DNA of 59,602 nt, counting the filler. It is 7 parts of 7 records of this genome, joined end to end, with 100 filler letters (N's around TTAATTAATTAA, not from the genome) between each part and the next. Parts side by side here need not be neighbours in the genome. Positions count along the whole stretch, not along the records: positions 52,892 to 59,602 come from DRR723986_8685; 6 more parts are not named here. One strand, 5' to 3'. Within the stretch, counting starts at the first letter, position 1, and each line of letters begins with the position of its first letter. A model generated the notes under the pieces. That model did not search any database, had not been told where the DNA came from, and saw only the letters and a list, made by a program, of their open reading frames with translations. The translations under genes were made by a program, and so were the position numbers. Positions 52,792 to 59,602 of this stretch are shown one piece after another.

Positions 52792-52891
52792 NNNNNNNNN
52801 NNNNNNNNNNNNNNNNNNNNNNNNNNNNNNNNNNNTTAATTAATTAANNNNNNNNNNNNNNNNNNNNNNNNNNNNNNNNNNNNNNNNNNNN
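52792..52891. other. artificial contig linker
   Basis: N-padded TTAATTAATTAA. Confidence 0.99.
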
Positions 52892-52924
52892 CCCGCCGTG
52901 AGGCCTGTCACCTTTTGCGTCAGT

Positions 52925-54202
52925 TCAGCTGGAATCCTGTGCCCCGAACCCCTGTTGTCGGCCTGCTCGCCAGGTGTTCAGTGCGGGCAGGGCGGACACT
53001 GCCAACGCAGAGAGCGGCACTGCCACCAGTAACAGCCACTCCTCCCGGGCCAGCGGCCGAAGCCGGATTTGCAGTCCGTAGTGTTCCAGTAGCCAGGGGC
53101 TGAGGCCGGCGATGGCCGCAGCGCCGAGTAGCAGGGCGAACAGGCAACTGGCCAGGGCAAGCCCGACGCACTCCAGGCTGTACAGACCGGCAATCAGCCC
53201 TGGTGAAGCTCCGGTCGCCCGCAAAATGGCAATCTCCCGTTGCCGCTGGGCTTGCAGGGTAAGCAAAACCGCAATCAGTCCCACCAGGCTGGTGATCACG
53301 ACAAAGCCGCTGATGCCCAGCAGGGCTTTTTCAAATTGCCCCATCATCCGCCAGAGCTCGCTCAGGGCCACGCCCGGCAGGATGGCTGACAGAGGTTCCT
53401 CGCGGGACTGGTTCAGCTCCCGTTGAACCTGAAAGGTGAGGATCGGGCGGTCGAGGCCAATGAACACCGCAGTGATGGCATCCGGAGTGTAGTCCCGGTT
53501 GCGGGCCTGGTCGGCCGACAGGGTCCGCCCCGGGATGGCTACACCGGATTCCCAGCCCACATGCATGGCTTCCATGGCTTCAAGGCTGATGTAAACCGCC
53601 TGGTCGACGGGCGTGCCGGTTGGCGCGAGAATGCCGGATACCCGGAATGGCAGGTCCTTGTGATTCGAGAAGCTGGTGCGGCCACCGCCATGGGAAAGCA
53701 CCAGGTCGTCGTTCAGTTCATGATCAAGCTGCCGGGCCACGCCGGCGCCGATCACCACGTCAAACAGGTCAGAAAACCAGTCTCCGCTCGCCAGGGTCAG
53801 CGGTTGGTCGTTGCCATAGCGGAAGTGGGCCAGGAACTGCTCGTTGGTGCTGACAACCCGATAGCCGCGGTAGCTGTCGCCCAGGGAAATCGGGATCAGC
53901 CAGTCGATGCGGCTGTCCTCAGTCATGGACTGATAGGTGGACCAGCGAATGTTGTTGGTGGCATCACCGATGTGGAACACCGTGTAAAGCAGCAGATTCA
54001 GTTGGCCACTGCGGGCCCCTACGATAAGGTCGGTGCCGCTGATGGTGCTGGTGAATGACTGTCGGATTTCTGTGCGCAGGTACTGGATGCCAAGCAGCAG
54101 GGTTACGCTCAGGGTCAGGGTCAGGCAAACGAGGGCCAGTACACGGCGCCGGTACCACAGGCTGGCGGCGGACAGGAAGATGGTGAGCTTGAGCTTGTTC
54201 AT
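52925..54202 (-). CDS. MacB/FtsX-type ABC permease (ZrgC-like)
   Basis: DLIVGARSG, PISLGDSYRG, LSHG, REIAILRATGA. Confidence 0.9.
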   Translation of the reverse strand: MNKLKLTIFLSAASLWYRRRVLALVCLTLTLSVTLLLGIQYLRTEIRQSFTSTISGTDLIVGARSGQLNLLLYTVFHIGDATNNIRWSTYQSMTEDSRIDWLIPISLGDSYRGYRVVSTNEQFLAHFRYGNDQPLTLASGDWFSDLFDVVIGAGVARQLDHELNDDLVLSHGGGRTSFSNHKDLPFRVSGILAPTGTPVDQAVYISLEAMEAMHVGWESGVAIPGRTLSADQARNRDYTPDAITAVFIGLDRPILTFQVQRELNQSREEPLSAILPGVALSELWRMMGQFEKALLGISGFVVITSLVGLIAVLLTLQAQRQREIAILRATGASPGLIAGLYSLECVGLALASCLFALLLGAAAIAGLSPWLLEHYGLQIRLRPLAREEWLLLVAVPLSALAVSALPALNTWRAGRQQGFGAQDSS

Positions 54203-54912
54203 GGCGCCATCTCCAGGGCCATGCGATGATGAAAGTGCCCGGCCAGTGACTGATCATGGCTGACAAATACAACCGAGCTGTTACTGCCCTCGGCCAGCGT
54301 TAGCAGTAGTTCAAGAAAGCGGTCCCGGTTGTCGCTATCCAGCGCGGACGTGGGCTCATCTGCAAGAATGATCTCCGGAGCACCGATCAGCGCGCGGGCG
54401 GCAGCCACCCTCTGCTGCTGGCCGATCGATAGCCGGGTCACTCCCTGGTGCCAGTGGCTTTGCGGAATGCCCAGTTGTGTCAGCAGGTGTTGGGCAGCTT
54501 CGGTGGCGGAGGGTAACGCGCGCGAATGGCGCAGATTTGATAGCCGGCAAGGCAAAAGTGCATTGGCCATAGCGCTCAGATAGGGCACCAGGTTGAACTG
54601 CTGGAAGATGACGCCCATATGATCGGCGCGCAGTCGATCCCGGGCGCCGGCCTTCATGGTGGTCAGTTCCTGATTCAGCAGCTGAAGGCTGCCACGGCTG
54701 GGCGTGTGCATGCCTGCGAGCAGTCCCAACAGCGTACTTTTACCAGTACCACTGGGGCCGTGCAGGAACAGGTGTTCACCGCGTGTCAGCTGAATATCGG
54801 GGAAGGCCAATTCCCGAGCCTGGTTTTGCCATCGGAAGTGCAGATTCCGGGTTCGGATGGCCAGAGTGTCCGGGCGGGAACTGTCCGGCGGTTGTCGTGT
54901 CTCGCTGTTCAT
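54199..54912 (-). CDS. ABC ATP-binding protein (ZrgB-like)
   Basis: GPSGTGKST, LSIGQQQRV, LADEPT. Confidence 0.93.
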   Translation of the reverse strand: MNSETRQPPDSSRPDTLAIRTRNLHFRWQNQARELAFPDIQLTRGEHLFLHGPSGTGKSTLLGLLAGMHTPSRGSLQLLNQELTTMKAGARDRLRADHMGVIFQQFNLVPYLSAMANALLPCRLSNLRHSRALPSATEAAQHLLTQLGIPQSHWHQGVTRLSIGQQQRVAAARALIGAPEIILADEPTSALDSDNRDRFLELLLTLAEGSNSSVVFVSHDQSLAGHFHHRMALEMAP

Positions 54913-54975
54913 ATCCGTATCGTGCTCGCCGTTGTATGATGGCGCCGGTTGCTGATCTGGTTTTTTGGAGAACCC

Positions 54976-55497
54976 GTGTTGATGTTCACTGATGTTCTGT
55001 CCCGCAAGCTGCTTGCCTGCCTTGGACTGGGCTTGTTGTTATTGGTTTCCCTGGCGGTCCGTGCCGAGCCCCGGGAGATCGACTGGCTTGAGTTAATGCC
55101 TGCGGAAGATCTGGCGCTGCTCGAGACTATGCCGGAAATCGAACATGAGGGCGATGGCCCGCCCCTGTTGCCGGACGAAATCATGACCGGGCGGGTGGTT
55201 CCGGAAATGGGCAACGTCGAGGGCCGGATTCCGGGCTTCGTGGTACCGCTGAAAACCACGGAGGATATGCGCATTCTCGAGTTCTTCCTGGTGCCCTACT
55301 ACGGCGCCTGCATCCATGTGCCACCACCACCCCCAAACCAGATCATCCACGTAAAATACCATGAAGGGTTTACCCTGGAGGCTCTATACGACCCTGTCTG
55401 GATCGAGGGGGAACTGGTGATTGAGCGAACCGAGAATGATCTCGGCACCTCCTCCTATTCCATGGTGGCGCAGTCGGTAGAACCTTACACCGAGTAA
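54976..55497 (+). CDS. DUF3299 protein (ZrgD-like)
   Basis: WLELMP, IPGFVVPL, PYYGACIHVPPPPPNQII. Confidence 0.9.
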   Translation: MLMFTDVLSRKLLACLGLGLLLLVSLAVRAEPREIDWLELMPAEDLALLETMPEIEHEGDGPPLLPDEIMTGRVVPEMGNVEGRIPGFVVPLKTTEDMRILEFFLVPYYGACIHVPPPPPNQIIHVKYHEGFTLEALYDPVWIEGELVIERTENDLGTSSYSMVAQSVEPYTE

Positions 55498-55501
55498 CGG
55501 G

Positions 55502-56083
55502 TCAGCGGCCAACCCGGAATTGCTGGTCGCCGGCTTCCAGTCTTGTGGCGCCCTGGCCTTCAGGGCCGATCCACTGAACATCCAGGTGTTCCAGTGCCGG
55601 AAAGCGCTTCACCAGCGGTGTGGCCAGTGTCTGGTGTTCGGCAAGTCCGTCGCAGGTCAGTGATTGGGTAATCTCGATATCGCTGTGGTCGTTTGCTTGC
55701 CCGTGATCGTGATCGTGATCATGGTGTTCGTGCGCATGGTCACTGTGATGACGGGTCGCCTCGGGCCACGAGCTGTGAAAGCTGGCATCTTCCACGTTGC
55801 AGTTGCCATCCTCAGTGTTAATCAGAGGGGTCGACATCAGCCACTGCTCCAGATCCGCCAGTTGCTGATGCTGTTGCTCTGTGCGTGGCTCGTGCTCGAA
55901 GCCAAGCAGATTGTATGCGGGTGAGCGAAGGAAGACATCGGCGGTGTTGGTGTCTATGGCTACCTGGAGCTCCGCGTGGCCATGTTGATGGGCGCTGGGG
56001 TTGTTGGCCGCGCCCGCGGGCAGCGGAGCCAGTACGGCGCTTGCCAGTGCCACGGTCATGAGAGGCATAACGTATCTGCGCAT
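55502..56083 (-). CDS. DUF2796 His-rich periplasmic zinc-binding protein (ZrgA-like)
   Basis: Signal peptide, AHQHG, SPAYNLLGFEH, His-rich loop, HSDI. Confidence 0.9.
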   Translation of the reverse strand: MRRYVMPLMTVALASAVLAPLPAGAANNPSAHQHGHAELQVAIDTNTADVFLRSPAYNLLGFEHEPRTEQQHQQLADLEQWLMSTPLINTEDGNCNVEDASFHSSWPEATRHHSDHAHEHHDHDHDHGQANDHSDIEITQSLTCDGLAEHQTLATPLVKRFPALEHLDVQWIGPEGQGATRLEAGDQQFRVGR

Positions 56084-56107
56084 CGGGTCATCCTGTCCAT
56101 ATCTGAT

Positions 56108-56119
56108 ATGTTATAACAT
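56108..56119. promoter_or_regulatory. Zur box
   Basis: Perfect palindrome ATGTTATAACAT about 25 bp upstream of the zrgA-like start. Confidence 0.75.
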
Positions 56120-56267
56120 TTTTGTCTGACGTGAAGATAAAAGCAACCCCGCCTGCCCGGGTATTCGTGCCAGGATTTCCCCAGAATGCTAGGATACGGT
56201 ATTCGTCGGGGCACCGCCCCGGCGCGTATCTGAACGTACACCACCGATTTAAGGAAACGGCAGCTTC

Positions 56268-56864
56268 ATGTCCGAAACCGATACCTCCGCCGCCCGTGCG
56301 GCTGAATTTGAACGCTGGGCCAACGTGTTTACCGCGCACAAGGCGTTCAGCCACCCCTCTGAGCTGCATGGCGTGCTCTGTGGCCGGCTGGCGGCAGGCT
56401 CCCGTATTGACGAGCCCGAGTGGCTGGCTATGGTTTGCGAACACATGGGGCTGGCTGATGAAGCGGCTGAAGAGTCGGATGACCTCGCCCCCTTTATGAA
56501 CAGCGCCTACGGTAAAACGCTCAAGCAATTGCAGTCCACCGACATGAGTTTTCAGCCGTTGTTGCCAGATGACGACTATGCCATCGAACAACGACTGGAA
56601 GCCCTGGTGGCCTGGGTTCGAGGATTTCTGGAAGGCATGGCGCTGGCGGCCGGCGCTTCCCTTGGCCAGGCTCCGGATGAGATCCGGGAGCTGATCGAGG
56701 ATATGGTGGCCATCAGCCAGCTGTCGGAGGACGAAGAATCCGACGACGAAAGTGAACAGCAACTGCTTGAAATTACCGAGTACGTGCGCCTTGGCGCGCT
56801 GGCGGTGTTCACCGAGTTCAATGAGCCGGAGAAGCCGGCAGGCGATTCGCCCACCCTGCACTGA
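56268..56864 (+). CDS. ygfB: UPF0149 (YgfB) family protein
   Basis: SELHGVLCG, WVRGFLEG, EITEYVR; upstream of pepP. Confidence 0.9.
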   Translation: MSETDTSAARAAEFERWANVFTAHKAFSHPSELHGVLCGRLAAGSRIDEPEWLAMVCEHMGLADEAAEESDDLAPFMNSAYGKTLKQLQSTDMSFQPLLPDDDYAIEQRLEALVAWVRGFLEGMALAAGASLGQAPDEIRELIEDMVAISQLSEDEESDDESEQQLLEITEYVRLGALAVFTEFNEPEKPAGDSPTLH

Positions 56865-56876
56865 TCAGGAGCTATC

Positions 56877-58196
56877 ATGGCTGTGACCATTCCCGTGAAA
56901 GAGTTTGCCGAGCGCCGTCGCAAGTTGATGGACCGGATGGCCTCGGACAGCATCGCTATTCTGCCAGCGGCGCCGGAGCGGGTGCGTAACCGCGATGTGT
57001 TGCACCCGTTTCGTCAGGACAGCGATTTTCAGTATCTGACCGGCTTCGGCGAGCCCGAAGCGGTGTTGGCCCTGATTCCAGGCCGCGAGCACGGTGAGGC
57101 GGTGCTGTTCTGCAAGGAGCGGAACCCGGAGAAAGAGCTCTGGGATGGCTTTCTGGTGGGCCCTGAGGGCGCCATCGAACGTTACGGCTTCGACGATGCT
57201 TTCCCCATTGCAGATATCGACGATATTCTGCCCGGCATGATTGAAGGCCGCAGCCGGGTCTACTATCCGCTGGGCAAGGATCCGGCATTCGATAACCGGG
57301 TGATGGACTGGCTCAAGGTGATTCGCAGCAAGGTTCGTTCCGGAGCGCACCCCCCTGGGGAGCTGGTGGCGCTGGAGCATCTGCTGCATGATATGCGGCT
57401 GTACAAGAGTGCTGCCGAAATCAAGGTGATGGCAAAGGCCGGCCAGATCAGTGCCGAGGCCCACTGCCGGGCCATGAAGCGGGCTCGTCAGGGCGGGTAT
57501 GAGTACAATCTTGAAGCTGAACTGATTCATACCTTTATGGAGCATGGTGCGCGCTCTACCGCTTATCCCTCCATCGTAGGTGGTGGTGCCAACGGCTGCA
57601 TCCTGCACTACATCGAAAATGCGGCACCGCTGAAAGACGGCGACCTGGTACTGATAGACGCGGGTTGTGAGCTGGAATGCTACGCCTCGGACATCACCCG
57701 CACCTTCCCGGTCAGCGGCAAGTTCAGCCCGGAACAGAAGGCGCTTTACGAAGTGGTGTTGGCGGCCCAGTACGCGGCGATCGATGCGGTGAAGCCGGAC
57801 AATCACTGGAACCAGCCCCATGAAGCGGCGCTGAAGGTGCTGACCCAGGGCCTGATCGATCTGGGCCTGCTCGCAGGCACCCTGGACGATGCTCTGGCCA
57901 ACGAATCCTACAAACCTTTCTTTATGCACCGCACAGGCCACTGGCTGGGGCTGGATGTCCATGACGTTGGCGATTACAAGGTCGGCGATGCCTGGCGGGT
58001 ACTGGAACCGGGGATGGCGTTGACCGTTGAGCCAGGGCTGTATATTGCGCCCGACAATACCGACGTCGAGCCGCGCTGGCGGGGTATTGGCATCCGTATT
58101 GAAGACGATGTGGTGGTCACCAAAGAGGGTTGCCGAAACCTGACCGAGGGCGTGCCGAAGACCATTGCCGATATTGAAGCTCTGATGGCGGACTGA
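56877..58196 (+). CDS. pepP: Xaa-Pro aminopeptidase
   Basis: FRQDSDFQYLTGF, YASDITRTFP, HWLGLDVHD, EPGLY, RIEDD. Confidence 0.97.
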   Translation: MAVTIPVKEFAERRRKLMDRMASDSIAILPAAPERVRNRDVLHPFRQDSDFQYLTGFGEPEAVLALIPGREHGEAVLFCKERNPEKELWDGFLVGPEGAIERYGFDDAFPIADIDDILPGMIEGRSRVYYPLGKDPAFDNRVMDWLKVIRSKVRSGAHPPGELVALEHLLHDMRLYKSAAEIKVMAKAGQISAEAHCRAMKRARQGGYEYNLEAELIHTFMEHGARSTAYPSIVGGGANGCILHYIENAAPLKDGDLVLIDAGCELECYASDITRTFPVSGKFSPEQKALYEVVLAAQYAAIDAVKPDNHWNQPHEAALKVLTQGLIDLGLLAGTLDDALANESYKPFFMHRTGHWLGLDVHDVGDYKVGDAWRVLEPGMALTVEPGLYIAPDNTDVEPRWRGIGIRIEDDVVVTKEGCRNLTEGVPKTIADIEALMAD

Positions 58197-58200
58197 TTCA

Positions 58201-59487
58201 GTGAATACCGAGCGCGTGGATACTGACCTGATCATTGCCGGTGGCGGCCTGGCCGGGGCAACTCTGGCCCTGGCCCTGGCGCGCCTGGTGCCGGAACTGA
58301 AGGTAACGGTAGTTGAGGCGTTTCCGCTGTCGCCAGAGGCGTTGCCGGAGGATTACCAGCCCAGCTATGACAGCCGGTCGACGGCACTGGCCTGGGGCTC
58401 GCACCTGATCTTTGATCAGTTGGGGCTGTGGCCACAGTTGTCTGAGCACGCCACCCCGATCCGCCACATTCATGTTTCTGACCGGGGCCGTTTTGGCGCT
58501 ACCCGTCTGCATGCCAACGAACACGGCCAGGAGGCCCTGGGTTATGTGGCAGACAACCGCTGGATGGGCCTGTGCCTGATGCGGGCTTTGCTTGATACCA
58601 GAGTAAGCTGGCAGGCGCCGGCTCAGGTGGAAGGCATGAAGCCTGTGGCTGGCGGTGTCCGGGTGGCCATCCGCAAGGATGGCGCACAGAAGGAACTGAC
58701 CGCTCGTTGTCTGGTGATCGCCGATGGCGGGCGTTCCGGGCTGCGGGAGAAGCTGGGCTTTGTAGCCCGCACCGAAGCCTATGGTCAGAACGCGCTGATT
58801 GCCAATGTCTCCACCAGCGACAGCCACCAGTTTACGGCTTATGAACGTTTTACTGAGGCCGGTCCCATGGCTTTGCTGCCCCATGGTTCCCCTAAGCGGC
58901 CGGGGCATCAATCGGCCCTGGTCTGGACCCTGAAAGACGAGGCACTGGCCGAGATCCTGTCACTGCCGGATGAACAGAAATGCCAGAAACTACAGGAACG
59001 GTTCGGTTGGCGCCTTGGGCGTTTTACCCACATTGGCCAGTGCCATCATTATCCCCTGAACCTGACTACGGTAGATGAACCCGCCCGCCCGGGGGTTGTG
59101 CTGGTTGGTAATGCCGCTCATGCCCTGCACCCGGTGGCTGGCCAGGGCTTTAACCTGGCACTCAGAGGATTGATGACCCTGGTGGAACAGTTTCGTCGGG
59201 CGGTTGATGAAGGGATTTCCATTGGTGAACTTTCGGTACTGGGGCGTTACCAGCAACTGCATCGGCAGGACTGGCAGCAGACGGTGCAGTTCTCCGATTC
59301 CCTGATCCGGATATTTGGGCAGCCGCTGGCGCCCGTTGCCGCGGCCCGGGATGCAGGGCTGGTGGGGCTGGATCTGTTGCCGGGGGCCAAGCGCTGGTTC
59401 GCCCGCAAAGCCATGGGCACCGGTGGGCGCAAGCCGCTGGTAGGCTCCGGAGTGTCATCTTTCGAGGCGGAAAAACATGACAGGTGA
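58201..59487 (+). CDS. ubiH: 2-octaprenyl-6-methoxyphenol hydroxylase
   Basis: GGGLAG, IHVSDRG, ADG, GNAAHALHPVAGQGFNL; follows pepP. Confidence 0.92.
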   Translation: MNTERVDTDLIIAGGGLAGATLALALARLVPELKVTVVEAFPLSPEALPEDYQPSYDSRSTALAWGSHLIFDQLGLWPQLSEHATPIRHIHVSDRGRFGATRLHANEHGQEALGYVADNRWMGLCLMRALLDTRVSWQAPAQVEGMKPVAGGVRVAIRKDGAQKELTARCLVIADGGRSGLREKLGFVARTEAYGQNALIANVSTSDSHQFTAYERFTEAGPMALLPHGSPKRPGHQSALVWTLKDEALAEILSLPDEQKCQKLQERFGWRLGRFTHIGQCHHYPLNLTTVDEPARPGVVLVGNAAHALHPVAGQGFNLALRGLMTLVEQFRRAVDEGISIGELSVLGRYQQLHRQDWQQTVQFSDSLIRIFGQPLAPVAAARDAGLVGLDLLPGAKRWFARKAMGTGGRKPLVGSGVSSFEAEKHDR

Positions 59488-59602
59488 ATCGGTGAGTGCG
59501 GCGTGTTTTGACATTCTGGTGGTTGGTGGCGGAATGGTCGGCTCGGCCCTGGCTCTGGGGTTGTCTCGGCAAGGCTGGAATACCGGACTGGTGGAAGGAG
59601 CC
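59477..59602 (+). CDS. UbiH/UbiF/VisC family hydroxylase, N-terminal fragment
   Basis: MTGESVSAACFDILVVGGGMVGSALAL; overlaps the ubiH stop. Confidence 0.85.
   Translation, partial: MTGESVSAACFDILVVGGGMVGSALALGLSRQGWNTGLVEGA

Noticed and set aside
56120-56267. Expected zapA/6S RNA upstream of ygfB
   Set aside because: Region too short and no 6S-like structure evident

Overview
The window is not one genome. Six 100-nt N-padded TTAATTAATTAA linkers join seven contigs from at least three lineages (taxa inferred from gene content and composition). (1) 1-7602, alphaproteobacterial surface-glycan locus: a CapD/PglF-like dehydratase missed by the ORF track, a PglC-like transferase, formyltransferase, PIG-L deacetylase, DegT aminotransferase and acyltransferase-3. 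(2) 7703-22262, Burkholderiaceae (Limnobacter-like): RTX tail, phaCAB-phaR-rimO-bktB, pgeF-rluD-bamD, DinG helicase, tex. (3) 22363-29927, Rhodobacteraceae-like: RTX-Hint protein, a decaying IS6/qorB-hxlR/IS110 islet fused to a 5'-truncated eutB-eutC, an RsuA-family gene and a tRNA 3' end. (4) 30028-35312, Marinobacter-like: hrpB, MFS, sco, cyoE, ctaA. (5) 35413-44540, roseobacter-like: a 1019-aa kinase-M23-phospholyase fusion, hemP, Tat MBL hydrolase, gph, degenerate dgoK, tpm. (6) 44641-52791, roseobacter-like: cobB, a RAPP-leader/PCuAC pair, rpmB, pcs, an MFS with a MerR-type promoter, ogt, ileS. (7) 52892-59602, Marinobacter-like: Zur-boxed zrg-like zinc cluster and ygfB-pepP-ubiH. The best leads are a RAPP arrest leader with an SD-sequestering hairpin before a copper chaperone, the tri-domain enzyme with an intact internal M23 site and His/Cys tail, an orphan IS110 left end with bridge-RNA-like structure, and a candidate non-contiguous zinc operon. 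All calls come from reading the sequence; no searches were run.
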